Shown here piece after piece: positions 1 through 9,519 of a stretch of DNA of 64,000 nt (within the stretch, counting starts at the first letter, position 1; each line of letters opens with the position of its first letter). Where the stretch lies: assembly GCA_963804615.1 (NCBI GenBank), contig CAWDRA010000007.1:20191-84190 (forward strand), given 5' to 3'. A program made the translations under genes and the position numbers. The notes below the pieces were generated by a model that saw nothing but the letters and a program-made list of their open reading frames with translations, was not told the DNA's origin and did not search any database. This DNA is from an uncultured Actinomycetota bacterium. Lineage in GTDB: Bacteria; Actinomycetota; Thermoleophilia; Solirubrobacterales; Solirubrobacteraceae.

Positions 1-1
1 G

Positions 2-130
2 GCGGCCTGCTGGATCGGTGAGCGGCCGTTCATCGGCTCGGTCTTCAGGCTCGATCCGGCGACGGTCTCGGTGCTGGGCCACGAGCACGACTATCGGGTG
101 ATCGAGCGCTGGAACTCCGGGCTCTCCTGA
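2..130 (+). CDS. C-terminal fragment of histidine phosphatase (phosphoglycerate mutase-like) family protein, 5' partial
   Basis: Frame 2 reads AACWIGERPFIGSVFRLDPATVSVLGHEHDYRVIERWNSGLS*, the typical C-terminus of actinobacterial histidine phosphatases; overlaps the 3' end of the convergent USP gene. Confidence 0.7.
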   Translation, partial: AACWIGERPFIGSVFRLDPATVSVLGHEHDYRVIERWNSGLS

Positions 131-612
131 GACTCGGCGCTCTCAGCCGCAGATGCAGGATCGCTCATCGGCACCACGAGGACCGGCCTCGACGCGGTCG
201 CCACGAGAGCCGCGGAGGTGCTCTCCAGAGTGGGCCCTGGTAACCCGCACTGGTGCGCGCCGACGACGATCATCGAGCTGTTCTCCTCGTTGGCGACTCG
301 AGTGATTGTCGCGGCGATCGATTGTTTTGCCGGCGCGATCCTCGCGCGCGCGATGAGGCCGTGCCCTGCGGCGATCTGACACCCTTCCTCGACCAGCTCC
401 TCGGCACGGCGCTTCGCCAGCTGCTCAAGCCGCTCGGTTGGCAATCCCTCCGATTTGAAACTGAAGGAATCGGCGGCCTCGGTGGGCTGGTTCCAGACGT
501 ACAAAAGGGTCACGTCCTGGGCCGCCGGCGATGCATGTGCGATGACCTCAGCGGCGCATACGACCGCATGCCTTGCGCTTGGTGAGCCGTCGTAACAGAG
601 CAGGAGCGACAT
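91..612 (-). CDS. Universal stress protein (USP)
   Basis: LLCYDGSPSARHA N-terminus, MIVVGAH, and ALV...RPVLVVP C-terminal motif; RBS-like GGAGG upstream. Confidence 0.9.
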   Translation of the reverse strand: MSLLLCYDGSPSARHAVVCAAEVIAHASPAAQDVTLLYVWNQPTEAADSFSFKSEGLPTERLEQLAKRRAEELVEEGCQIAAGHGLIARARIAPAKQSIAATITRVANEENSSMIVVGAHQCGLPGPTLESTSAALVATASRPVLVVPMSDPASAAESAESQESPEFQRSITR

Positions 613-882
613 TTCGTGAGCCTCCTTCGGCCAGGGCTTGCAGTCTCGGACTGGGGCGGTGGCGACGGACGTCGCGCGGTCCGGTTGCGTTCTGAACGAG
701 TCTCCCTCCGGCCGGTTTCCCGAGCATCGGTTCAGGTCCGCTGACGCCTGCGGCGCACTGCGCCGCCACGATGCGGAGAACTACTGACTCTCCGCTGAGG
801 GTGCGTGGGCGACCCCGAGGATGCTCACCCAGGGCGGGATGGGCTTCTCAGCCGACATCACTAGCCCGGTAGCCAGGCGGCT

Positions 883-1692
883 TTACGGCTGGGCGGGCGT
901 CCAGTACCCGTCGGCGCCGGCCGGTTCGAATCGGCCGACTTCTGACAGCTGCCGGCGCGCCGCGTCGATGTCAATCTGCATGATCAGCGCAGCCTCGGCG
1001 GTGGCCAGCGGCTCCGGCGCCCAGTCGAGCAGCTCGGCAGCCGATCCCGGCTTGGGTCGCCGTTTGAGCTCCGGAGCGATGTTGGCGATCGCGGTCTCAT
1101 ACGCCTCGACAGGGTTGAACCCGGGCACCGCGAACCCCTCGATGAGGTAGGTCGGGGCCGAATACCGACGGTGATTCGGGGGTCCGCTGAGCTTGTGGTT
1201 CAGTGCGCGGGCGGCCGGGGAGGGCTCGCGAGCAGCCTGCGCGTCGGATTCGAGGTCGGCGCGGGCGGTAGCGGTTTGCATCCACTGGTCCAGCTGTACC
1301 GGCTCGATCCCGGCATCGGTCGCGGCGCCGGCAATCAGCTCCCATTCGTCTAGCAGGGCTCCCTGCATCACCCGTACACGTAGACGTCGCAGCAGAGCCT
1401 CGGCTCGCTCCGGCGCATGGCGGCGCGTCGCCACCACCGCCAGACAGGCGGGCTCCGAAGAGGCCGGCCGGGCGTACGACGAGGGTTCGATCGGCATCCC
1501 GAACCGACGCTGAAGATTCGGTGCCCCCGCGGCGAGCCGCTCCGCCTCACCACGATCACGGGTGAGAACGATCATCCGCACCACCCACTCGAGGCCGTCG
1601 CCATAGTGCCAGCGCAGACGCTGGCGCACCGGCTCGGCCGAGAACGCGAACGCGCACGCAGGATCGGTGAACAATTCGATGCTGACGGACAT
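883..1692 (-). CDS. DsbA/thioredoxin-like protein (single Cys)
   Basis: FTDPACAFAFSAEP in place of CxxC, RYSAPTY cis-Pro loop, C-terminal winged-helix-like GADGYW. Confidence 0.8.
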   Translation of the reverse strand: MSVSIELFTDPACAFAFSAEPVRQRLRWHYGDGLEWVVRMIVLTRDRGEAERLAAGAPNLQRRFGMPIEPSSYARPASSEPACLAVVATRRHAPERAEALLRRLRVRVMQGALLDEWELIAGAATDAGIEPVQLDQWMQTATARADLESDAQAAREPSPAARALNHKLSGPPNHRRYSAPTYLIEGFAVPGFNPVEAYETAIANIAPELKRRPKPGSAAELLDWAPEPLATAEAALIMQIDIDAARRQLSEVGRFEPAGADGYWTPAQP

Positions 1693-1702
1693 GGCCGTGG
1701 CG

Positions 1703-2530
1703 TCAGGTCAGGTGATCGAAGTCGCCGTTGACCCAGCCCCTGTAACGATCGGCTGAGCGTCTGATCACGGCGGCAGCGTGGCGCTCGATCGTATGCCCGA
1801 AGTTGTCGTAGATGCGGTCGAAATCGAGCGCCTCGACCCGACTCGTGATGCGATCGACCACAGCAGCCGATAGCGGGATTCGGTTGGGGTAACTCCGCAT
1901 GAACGTGACCGTCGCACGGTCAGGATTCACGTGAATCGAGTCTGAGGTGAAGAGCACGCCGCTCCCATCGGCACCGTCCTGCCAGTGCGTGACCGAGCTT
2001 CCAATGAAGTGCCCACCGACCTCATGCAGCGCCAGCCCGGGCGCGATCAGATGGCTCGACCGCCAGGGGACGATCGCAGCATCGGGTCGCTGCACCCACT
2101 CGATGAGGGGCTCGCAGACCAGCACCGGCACGCCTCCGAGCGCGCGGCTCCATTCAACCTGGAGCCCGAACATGTGCGGGTGGCTTGCCGCGATCGCAAG
2201 CACCGGCCCGCGTTCCAGGATCCGTGCCGCGGCCTTCGCATCGACGTAGCCGGGGATGTCCCAGAGCAGGCTGCCTGATCCGGTGGTGATCACGTGCGCC
2301 TGCTGGCCGATCCCGACCTGCGGCTCAGCGGTCAGGCCAAGCAGGTTCGGTTCGGGCTCGATGAACACGATCCGACGCTCTGCCCCTGCGAGCTCCGCGA
2401 GCGTGGTCCAGCTCTGACCGTCGCGGGGAACCCACTGACGCTCGTCGGCACAGATCGGGCACACGCCGTCCGGAGCGGCGGTCTCAACGGCGCATGTGGC
2501 GCAGAGCCAGACGGTCTCTTCGGCGACCAT
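1703..2530 (-). CDS. Metallo-beta-lactamase-fold hydrolase with N-terminal Zn ribbon
   Basis: CATC...CPICADERQW, SHPH, GGHF, FDRIYDNF motifs. Confidence 0.85.
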   Translation of the reverse strand: MVAEETVWLCATCAVETAAPDGVCPICADERQWVPRDGQSWTTLAELAGAERRIVFIEPEPNLLGLTAEPQVGIGQQAHVITTGSGSLLWDIPGYVDAKAAARILERGPVLAIAASHPHMFGLQVEWSRALGGVPVLVCEPLIEWVQRPDAAIVPWRSSHLIAPGLALHEVGGHFIGSSVTHWQDGADGSGVLFTSDSIHVNPDRATVTFMRSYPNRIPLSAAVVDRITSRVEALDFDRIYDNFGHTIERHAAAVIRRSADRYRGWVNGDFDHLT

Positions 2531-2618
2531 GTCCGCAGGACACTACCCGGCTTTGATTCAACTGAACGTTGGTGGCGGCCCGCGGGCAAGCCACCAACCG
2601 GGCGCGGTGCGTTTTCGG

Positions 2619-3248
2619 TCAGGGGCCGGTCACGGCTTGGAGCCTGCCCGCCCAGACTGCCTTGGCGCCGAGGTCGCCGACCCTGAACACGTAGAACGCG
2701 CACGCCAGAGCGAGCACCACGAGCACCGCTCTCAGTACCAGATAGACGGTTGGCGACCCCAGAATCGAATCGGCCATCTGCAGGCCCGTTGGCCGGCCGC
2801 CGGAGATTCGGTGCGCGGCAAAAGTCAGGATCAGCACCGCTGTGAATGCTGTGAACGCGATCGCGAGAATGTGTGCCGCGTGTGAGTGCTGACTGATCAG
2901 CCGGGCGGCATCGCCCTGAAGGTGCAGGGCATGCTCGAGCGCCGCGCCCGCCTGCATCGCCAGGAAGATCGATGACATCGCAACAATCGCGCACAGACAC
3001 AGCAGCACGCCGTAGGAGTCCAGCCAGGCTGGGCGAGCCACCATCGCGAGCGCGCCGAACACGCTCACCGGAATCAGCACCACCGGTACGTGGATGAAGA
3101 GCGGGTGCGCCGGCAGGCCGTCGTAGACCGTGGTGATCCGGATCCCCAGCGTGATGAACCCGAGGAACGCCAGACCGGTCAGGACGAACTCGGCGCGACG
3201 CCAATCGACACCAGGCCGGCGGACCTCAAGCTGGTCGGTCGTCATCAA
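2619..3248 (-). CDS. DUF2231-like membrane protein
   Basis: GLPAHPLFIHVPVVL, conserved His residues, GDLGAKAVW C-terminus, several TM helices. Confidence 0.75.
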   Translation of the reverse strand: MMTTDQLEVRRPGVDWRRAEFVLTGLAFLGFITLGIRITTVYDGLPAHPLFIHVPVVLIPVSVFGALAMVARPAWLDSYGVLLCLCAIVAMSSIFLAMQAGAALEHALHLQGDAARLISQHSHAAHILAIAFTAFTAVLILTFAAHRISGGRPTGLQMADSILGSPTVYLVLRAVLVVLALACAFYVFRVGDLGAKAVWAGRLQAVTGP

Positions 3249-3510
3249 CGAGGCAAGTTACGAGGGATGCCCCGTGGGCACATCGACCGCGAGGATGATC
3301 TTTGTCGATCTTGGATCCGACGATGGTCTGAGGCGGCCAGACCCAGGGTCGGGCGGGATCGAGGTCATGCTCGAGCATCGCCGGAACAGTGGTTTCATGC
3401 CGTCTCCCAGGCTCTGCAGCGCACGCCCAGGACACGCATGCCGCCGACCTGATCGAACGCGTGAGCGGCAGACGCGCCGACATCGAGGTGCTAAGGTCAT
3501 CGCCTCAATC

Positions 3511-3594
3511 GCGGCTGTGGTGAAATTGGTAGACACGCAGCGTTCAGGTCGCTGTGCTCTTACGGGCATGGGGGTTCGAGTCCCTCCAGCCGCA
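3511..3594 (+). tRNA. tRNA-Leu(CAG)
   Basis: Acceptor stem GCGGCTG/CAGCCGC, anticodon stem CAGCG-TTCAGGT-CGCTG, long variable arm, GTTCGAG T-loop; CCA not encoded. Confidence 0.95.
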
Positions 3595-3672
3595 TCGTCG
3601 GACCGTGTCCGGACCGCCATCTGGGCTGGACCTGTCTCATGCCACTTCGCTACGCTAATCGACGCAGTCCGC

Positions 3673-3745
3673 GCCGCTATCGTCTAGGGGACTAGGACGC
3701 CGCCCTCTCACGGCGGTAACCCGGGTTCGAATCCCGGTAGCGGTA
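3673..3745 (+). tRNA. tRNA-Glu(CTC)
   Basis: Acceptor GCCGCTA/TAGCGGT, anticodon arm CCGCC-CTCTCAC-GGCGG, GGTTCGAATCC T-arm; CCA not encoded. Confidence 0.95.
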
Positions 3746-3753
3746 CTCACGAG

Positions 3754-3776
3754 CGCCCCGTGTTTGCGGGGCGTTT
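3754..3776 (+). terminator. Hairpin downstream of tRNA-Glu
   Basis: CGCCCCG-TGTTTG-CGGGGCG followed by TTT. Confidence 0.55.
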
Positions 3777-3983
3777 GACGTCCCCGGCAACGATCATGAC
3801 GTTCCCCGATGGCTTGAACCTCCAAGACGCCAGCGAGAGCCGGATCTTGCCGACGGCATGAGGGTTCTTCCCGCCTCCTTCGTGAGGGTCGCGGGGCCTG
3901 CCATGCCGGAGGCCCGATACGGCGCCGCTCGAACCCGTCTCTGAGTAGGGTGGTATGCAGCACACAAGCAACGGGAGACTCAG

Positions 3984-4262
3984 ATGCCAGCGGACGAGGG
4001 TGCCCTCCTGCGTGACGCATTGCAGGACGCACAGAGTGAAGGCAGTGATCGTCGCAGCGAGACGGCACTTGAACGTGCGCTGCTAACGGCGTCTGCCACC
4101 ACCATCGACTCTGAGACTGGAGCCGTGGCCGCCGCTGTCAAGCTGCTCGGTGAACCCGACGACAACGGCGCCACCCGCCTTGAGGTCCGGGATCAGAATA
4201 TGACTCATCGCCGGTGGTTCGAGATCAGCGATGACGGAGGGGTGCAGTGGGGGGACCGGTGA
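3984..4262 (+). CDS. Small hypothetical protein
   Basis: 92-aa ORF with GGGAG RBS upstream of ATG; no recognisable motif. Confidence 0.45.
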   Translation: MPADEGALLRDALQDAQSEGSDRRSETALERALLTASATTIDSETGAVAAAVKLLGEPDDNGATRLEVRDQNMTHRRWFEISDDGGVQWGDR

Positions 4263-4532
4263 CGCGCGTGACGCCGATTCGTCAGGCGCGGCACCTGAGC
4301 CGGAGCACCAGCCCCGTGCCTGGGATCGCTATCTCCGGGGCGGGCAGGATGGTCAAGCCGACCGTTGCGCAGACGCCTTAGCCGCAATCCTCTGCAACTC
4401 ATCCGCCAGACGCGCGACCGTTCGCCAATCCGGCGCCGACTCCTCAAGCAACTCCGCGATCCACTCAGACGCCGTGAGGGCAGCCGTGTAATCCCGCTCG
4501 ACCTCTCGGGCGCTGCTCGGAGCCGTTGCCAT

Positions 4533-4844
4533 CTACGTCACCCCCCGCGAAAGACATAGAGCGCTCAACCCCTCCATGGCCCCACCGGGATCGTCGGGCA
4601 GCACATCGAGGAGGGTCGCGGCGTCCTGCATGTCCTCCACTGTCACCCCGCGCGCCTCCAGCGCGAACCGCCCCAGCCATCGAACCGCTGCGCGGTCGTA
4701 CCGCTCGCGGCCCGCCCCTCGCAACATCAGGACGATTCTGAGCGCGTCGTGAAGCTTTACTGAGCCGCTGATGCTCTTGGCGAGTTGCTGGACACGCTCC
4801 AGGTTGCCGCTGTCGATGGCGGATCGAAACGCGGTGTACGGCAC
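4533..4844 (-). CDS. Small helical hypothetical protein, putatively SOS-regulated
   Basis: VPYTAFRSAIDSGNL...RYDRAAVRWLGRFALE; protein-like composition; LexA box about 35 bp upstream; start codon uncertain. Confidence 0.65.
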   Translation of the reverse strand: MPYTAFRSAIDSGNLERVQQLAKSISGSVKLHDALRIVLMLRGAGRERYDRAAVRWLGRFALEARGVTVEDMQDAATLLDVLPDDPGGAMEGLSALCLSRGVT

Positions 4845-4879
4845 CGCGTTGGTGCTCGTGTAGCGGGGTGAGCGGGGCA

Positions 4880-4893
4880 CGAACGTATGTTCG
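4880..4893. promoter_or_regulatory. LexA (SOS) box
   Basis: CGAAC-GTAT-GTTCG matches the Gram-positive/actinobacterial CGAAC-N4-GTTCG consensus, in a divergent intergenic region. Confidence 0.8.
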
Positions 4894-4974
4894 CATAGGT
4901 GGACGACGGAGCGATGGATCACGGTGCGACGACGAGTCGGAGGCACAATCCCGCAGAGGTACCATCCGCACTCG

Positions 4975-5238
4975 ATGCCGTCTTTTCGAACCACACTTGA
5001 GGCGACCGGCGGTAATAACGTCGGGATCGTGGTCCCAGAGGAGATCGTCCTCTCCTTCGAGCGGGGCAAGCGCGTGCCGGTCGTCGTCACCATCGACGGC
5101 GCGTACACATATAGGACGACGATCGGTGTGATGGGCGGCAGGTACCTCGTGTCGTTCAACGCTGAGACCCGCAAGCGCACGGGCCGGGCTGCCGGCGACG
5201 ACATCGACGTGGAGCTGGTCGCGGACTCGGACCGCTAG
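4975..5238 (+). CDS. DUF1905 domain protein
   Basis: FRTTL...GIVVPEEI...KRVPVVVTIDG.YTYRTTI..MGGRYLV...AGDDIDVEL. Confidence 0.85.
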   Translation: MPSFRTTLEATGGNNVGIVVPEEIVLSFERGKRVPVVVTIDGAYTYRTTIGVMGGRYLVSFNAETRKRTGRAAGDDIDVELVADSDR

Positions 5239-5365
5239 CAGCGTGGACCGCGCAGGTCTTGAAGCGACGCATCCCGCCCTCGTCATTTGTATTTCGCGAG
5301 GCAGACGCGCGAATGATCTGGGCACGGCGGTCGTGCGGGCGGCTCTTGCGGTAGAACCTCGGTGG

Positions 5366-6247
5366 ATGGTCGAGCCGCTGCTCCCAGATGGCGTGACGGT
5401 AGGGCACTTCAGCGACCCCGTCGGATGCACGGGCTGCACGGTGCTGCTATGTCCGGGTGGGGGTGTCGCCGGTGTGGATGTGCGTGGTGGCGCTCCCGGT
5501 ACGTTTGCGACCGATGGGTTGCGCCCGGGAACCGTGATCGAATTGGCGCACGGGATTCTGCTGACAGGTGGAAGCCTGTTCGGTCTGGCGGCTGCGACGG
5601 GGGTCATGCGATACCTGGAGGAGCGCGGCCACGGCGCCGTGTTTGGCACGGTGCCGATTCCGGGGGTGGTCGGTGCCGTGCTGTTTGACCTGCTCGAGGG
5701 CGATCCCGAGGCCAGGCCGTCCGCCGAGGATGGCTACGCGGCGTGCCTTGCGGCCACTGCGGAGCCGGCGGCCGGGGCTGTTGGTGCCGGCACCGGCGCC
5801 ACCGTCGCGAAGGCCGGCGGCCCGGCTCAGAGAGCACGCGGTGGCGTCGGAGTCGCAAGCGGTCGTGTCGGCGAGGCCCTCGTAAGCGCGATCATGGTTG
5901 CCAACGGCGTCGGCGGGATCTGGGACGACGAGCGTCACGAATGGATCGCGCCGCTGTCAGGATGGGACGCAAGCACGGAGCTGCTGCCCGGCGAGAACAC
6001 GACGATCGGCGTCGTCGCGACGGACGCGAGGCTCACGAAGGAGCAGGCAAACCGCATCGCGACCGTCGCGCATGACGGGATCGCGCGAGCGGTGCGTCCC
6101 GCGCACACGATGTACGACGGCGACACGATCTTCTGTATTGCGACCGGCGCAGTGGTGAGCCCATACGATGCAATCGAAGTCCTTGCCACGGATCTCGTCG
6201 CGAGCGCTATCGCCAGTGGGGTTCGGGACGCAAGCGCCTCCCGCTGA
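5366..6247 (+). CDS. P1/S58 (DmpA-like) peptidase
   Basis: GVDVRGGAPGT, LTGGSLFGL, GAGTGA, ENTTIGVVATD autocleavage site, HDGIARAVRPAHT.YDGDTIF. Confidence 0.9.
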   Translation: MVEPLLPDGVTVGHFSDPVGCTGCTVLLCPGGGVAGVDVRGGAPGTFATDGLRPGTVIELAHGILLTGGSLFGLAAATGVMRYLEERGHGAVFGTVPIPGVVGAVLFDLLEGDPEARPSAEDGYAACLAATAEPAAGAVGAGTGATVAKAGGPAQRARGGVGVASGRVGEALVSAIMVANGVGGIWDDERHEWIAPLSGWDASTELLPGENTTIGVVATDARLTKEQANRIATVAHDGIARAVRPAHTMYDGDTIFCIATGAVVSPYDAIEVLATDLVASAIASGVRDASASR

Positions 6248-6315
6248 TCGCCACCTGGGACTTCAGATTCGCGCCAGCCCGGCTGGCAGGCCCAATGTGG
6301 GAAAGAGAAGGCACG

Positions 6316-6577
6316 ATGGCCACTTATCTGGCTGTTTCACGAGGTTGACAACGTCAACCACCGGGTGAACTCACCGAAGCGCGAGGAGGTTTTCGGACCC
6401 CTCGGAATCACCGCTCGCACGTTCAAGGATCCCCAAGGCTCAAACCGGGTTGGAATGATCGTGGAGATCCCCGACTTTGCCGCGTTTCAAGAATTCATGC
6501 AGACGGAGAACGCAGCCGAAGCGATGAAGAACGACGGCGTCCACCCCGACACCCTCGTGGTCCTTGCTGAGGGGTAA
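6316..6577 (+). CDS. Small dimeric alpha/beta-barrel-like hypothetical protein (one frameshift near the 5' end)
   Basis: MATYLA..HEVDNV joined to SPKREEVFGPLGITARTF...AMKNDGVHPDTL requires a frameshift at about 6333. Confidence 0.6.
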
Positions 6578-6631
6578 GGCCTCGGGCAGGACGCTGCGCC
6601 GAGTGTTCGGATCGACGCAGCGCCGCTGTGT

Positions 6632-6856
6632 CTATGACGGCATCGGCTCCTGCGGCCGCGCCTCGAGCGTGTAGCTCTCGGCCGGTTCCAGGAACTGGCG
6701 GATCGTGTCGCGAGTCTCCGCGCCATCGGTGTGACCATGCACCGAAGCGGCGTGCTCAGACGCTGCGCGCAAGACCTCGTCCTCCTCGCCGATGATCACG
6801 AGCGAGCAGTTGCTCTCACTCGGGAACCGGCGACAATCGGCCATCATGCGGGTCAT
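6632..6856 (-). CDS. DUF1059 small metal-binding protein
   Basis: DCRRFPSESNCSLVIIGEEDEVLRAASEHAASVHGH; strong GGGAGGG RBS. Confidence 0.85.
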   Translation of the reverse strand: MTRMMADCRRFPSESNCSLVIIGEEDEVLRAASEHAASVHGHTDGAETRDTIRQFLEPAESYTLEARPQEPMPS

Positions 6857-6950
6857 TCGGTCCCTCCCTTTTGGGGTTGCCCGCGTCAATCGTCTCGCTT
6901 CTCGGCATCGGCGTCAACCGAGGTTCGAAGAACTCGGCAGTGGCGGGTGC

Positions 6951-7547
6951 TCAGCCGATGTGGCCGTCCTGCCACATCCATTCCATCTCGGTCTCCACAG
7001 CGGCGCGCACATCCGGACCGACGAGCTCCTCGACGACTGCCAGCGCGAGATCGGTCCCTGCTGATACGCCGGCGGAGGTACGGATCGTCGCGGAGGATCG
7101 GACAAAGCGGCGGCCTTTGACGACACTGACACGGCGTGAGATCGCGGCGAGTTCATCGAACGCGCTGTGATGTGTCGTAGCCTCCAATCCGTCGAGCAGA
7201 CCGGCTGCTGCGACAACCAGAGCTCCTGTACAGACGGTCATCAGCAATTCGGATTTCGTTGCGCTCTGCCGTAGCCAGGCAAGCACTGTTTCGTCACCCA
7301 CCAGAGCCCTCGACCCAGCGCCTCCCGGCACAACCAGGACATCCGACGCCGGTGCGTCGGCCAGCGTGAAGTCAGGTATGACCCTGAAGCCCCCACGCCC
7401 AACCGGACGCTGCGTCAACCCGACCGAGGCAACGGTGAACGCACTCGGAGAGGTCACTTCGCCGGCGACGTTGAACACCTCATACGGGCCGGCGTAATCC
7501 AAGACCTCCATACCGTCAAAAGCGAGGATCTGCACCGACCGCGACAT
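6951..7547 (-). CDS. DJ-1/PfpI family protein
   Basis: EVLDYAGPYEVF, VVPGG, VCTGA nucleophile, TSAGVSAGTD. Confidence 0.9.
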   Translation of the reverse strand: MSRSVQILAFDGMEVLDYAGPYEVFNVAGEVTSPSAFTVASVGLTQRPVGRGGFRVIPDFTLADAPASDVLVVPGGAGSRALVGDETVLAWLRQSATKSELLMTVCTGALVVAAAGLLDGLEATTHHSAFDELAAISRRVSVVKGRRFVRSSATIRTSAGVSAGTDLALAVVEELVGPDVRAAVETEMEWMWQDGHIG

Positions 7548-7685
7548 GGCACGATGATCTCACACAAAACCGCGGGTGACCGAGCACCATTTGGGCAGCA
7601 GGCCGGTTTCCGTGAGAGGAGTTGACCTGGTCGAACGACACTGGGCGTCGCTCACAGGACGGCTCGTCCCAGCCTGAATTCCGCT

Positions 7686-8123
7686 TCAGCGGTGAGTGGC
7701 CGAGGTCTCCGGCGACGAGGTCGCGGCCAATACGAGTGAGTAGCTGAGAGCGTCCTCGCAGACCGCCACGATCAGCCGTCGGTTGCGCCCGACCACTCTG
7801 GCTCGGACCTTCGAGCCGACGAATGCCGAGCCGACTGCAGCAGCCGCAGCGATTCCGGCTCCCGGCCCGCGGGCGAGCACGCCACCGCCGGCAGCTGAAA
7901 ACGCCAGCCGAGGCAACATTCCGCGCCGTGACCAGCGACTGGGCGTGCTCGGAAGCTTGTCGACGACGAGCTCCGTGGCGGCCGCACCGAGGATGATGAA
8001 ACGGACGGGGACCGAGACCGGACCGCGATGGTGGATGACAGACGCCACCGGTGGCGCGAACGAGCGCAGCCCACCCCCGAGACCGAGAGCCAGCGCCCGT
8101 CGAATATCAGCGGATTCGCTCAC
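7686..8123 (-). CDS. DUF4126-like membrane protein
   Basis: GLRSFAPP, ELVVDKLPSTPSR, AVCED motifs; start inferred. Confidence 0.6.
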   Translation of the reverse strand: MSESADIRRALALGLGGGLRSFAPPVASVIHHRGPVSVPVRFIILGAAATELVVDKLPSTPSRWSRRGMLPRLAFSAAGGGVLARGPGAGIAAAAAVGSAFVGSKVRARVVGRNRRLIVAVCEDALSYSLVLAATSSPETSATHR

Positions 8124-8344
8124 AACCAGGCTGACGTTACTAGCGCGGGCTAATCCACAGTGAGGATCCGGTCGGCTCGTATGTTGCGCAAATCCCGTTT
8201 GCCCAATGGCCGCAACCACAACCGCCTGCACGCAGTGGAGCGGAGCGCGGATGCTGGTAAGGTGTATGCGCGCTCAGTGGGCCCAGGCTCTTCTCGCTTC
8301 CGGGGCGGTTTGCTTCCATCAGAAGAGCAGAGAGGCAGGTAGCC

Positions 8345-8593
8345 ATGGCTACCGCTGAAAGAGGTTCGGCCACGACACACCTGTGCTGTCCTGATTGCCG
8401 ATTGCGTTTCACCCATGCACCCGCGGTATCCGGTGTGACCTGCCCACAGTGCGGCAATCCACCCCACGCCGTGACCAGTCCGGAGCATCTGCTCGGCTGG
8501 CGCCTGTCCACGCTCCGGGACGTTGATCCACTTCTACCCGAAGCCGTCGCGGTCTCGCTGCCGGCCCCCGACCTTGATGACGGGCGCCTATGA
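8345..8593 (+). CDS. Small zinc-ribbon protein
   Basis: CPDC...CPQC; AGAGG/GGT RBS. Confidence 0.55.
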   Translation: MATAERGSATTHLCCPDCRLRFTHAPAVSGVTCPQCGNPPHAVTSPEHLLGWRLSTLRDVDPLLPEAVAVSLPAPDLDDGRL

Positions 8594-8778
8594 CTCACCC
8601 GCACCTGCGCATTCTTCGGTTCGCTGCGCTCAAACGCCAGTGGGAACTCAATGATCACGGCACTGACGATCACACTGGAGAGGGTGATTCCGCGGATCAG
8701 CGTCGGCATCTCAAGCGCATGGCCAAGCGAGCCAGGGCGCGTCTCACTGACGCAGAATCGCGGCGATTTCCCAGGTGA
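8590..8778 (+). CDS. Small hypothetical protein
   Basis: ATGA overlap with the upstream stop; 62 aa. Confidence 0.4.
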   Translation: MTHPHLRILRFAALKRQWELNDHGTDDHTGEGDSADQRRHLKRMAKRARARLTDAESRRFPR

Positions 8779-8975
8779 TCGGTTGGCCGAGCTGGTGAGT
8801 GCTCGGAGGTTGCGTTCCTGGTGCCGTATCGACATGGACGTTTCAGTTTGAGGCTCTGTCCCATGGGCGATCGCTGAGGCGCTAGAGTCATAAAGGCAGT
8901 TCCACAGCCGAGTGTTCTGCTCTCGCATTCTCCCGTGGCCAAGCCCTTAGTGGAGCGACAGGAACGGAGCACGCC

Positions 8976-9149
8976 ATGGCTAACCGGCAAAAGCTTGACC
9001 CCGACCAGCCACCACGAAGGGCGACGTTTGCTGACGTGACGCGGGAGATCGCAAATCGCAACGATGCCGCTCAGAAGGTGGCTCGAGCGAGGCGTACCGC
9101 ACGCGAGAAGGAGGAGAACGCAGTCCGCCGGCAGTGGAGGAACCTCTGA
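8976..9149 (+). CDS. 57-aa basic helical protein (below the ORF-track cutoff)
   Basis: GGAG RBS then MANRQKLDPDQPPRRATFADVTREIANRNDAAQKVARARRTAREKEENAVRRQWRNL*. Confidence 0.55.
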   Translation: MANRQKLDPDQPPRRATFADVTREIANRNDAAQKVARARRTAREKEENAVRRQWRNL

Positions 9150-9519
9150 ACCGTCCTGTCCGGCGTCGGTGCGCCGGCGCCCGGTGTCGGCTACCCGGCT
9201 CGCCGTAGGGCCTCGCTTGAAGAGGCAACAGGCAGCAGGGCCACGGCAAGAAGCAGGACAGCGATGCCACCTAGTCTCTGCGGGCTTCACCGAGCGTCGC
9301 TGAGTCCACCATTGACGCACCAGAACGAGCCCAACAGGGTCTGTACAAGGCGGGCTATGTCTGAGGAGAAGTAGTCGCGCAGCGCGCTGCCGGCCAGGCT
9401 CACAGCAATCGCGGTGTGGGTCGGAGCCCGGGCCCCTCTCCAAGCGTCGCGTTGCTCGCTGTCGTGCAGGTGAGTTCGTATGCTGCCGCGATGCTCGCTG
9501 AGCCGATCGGAGACCTGGC

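Noticed and set aside
548-769. 73-aa ORF upstream of the USP gene
   Set aside because: Overlaps the USP start, has low-complexity Arg/Pro composition and no supporting motif
7575-7580. Extra tripartite box before the DJ-1 gene (also at 62209-62226)
   Set aside because: Only one good half-site or wrong spacing; expected by chance in high-GC DNA
8160-8340. c-di-GMP or other riboswitch
   Set aside because: Only a GGGCAAAC fragment on the minus strand; the GAAA tetraloop/GACGCAAAGC core is missing
3745-9400. Prophage or ICE next to the tRNAs
   Set aside because: No integrase, structural or conjugation genes, and no att duplication found
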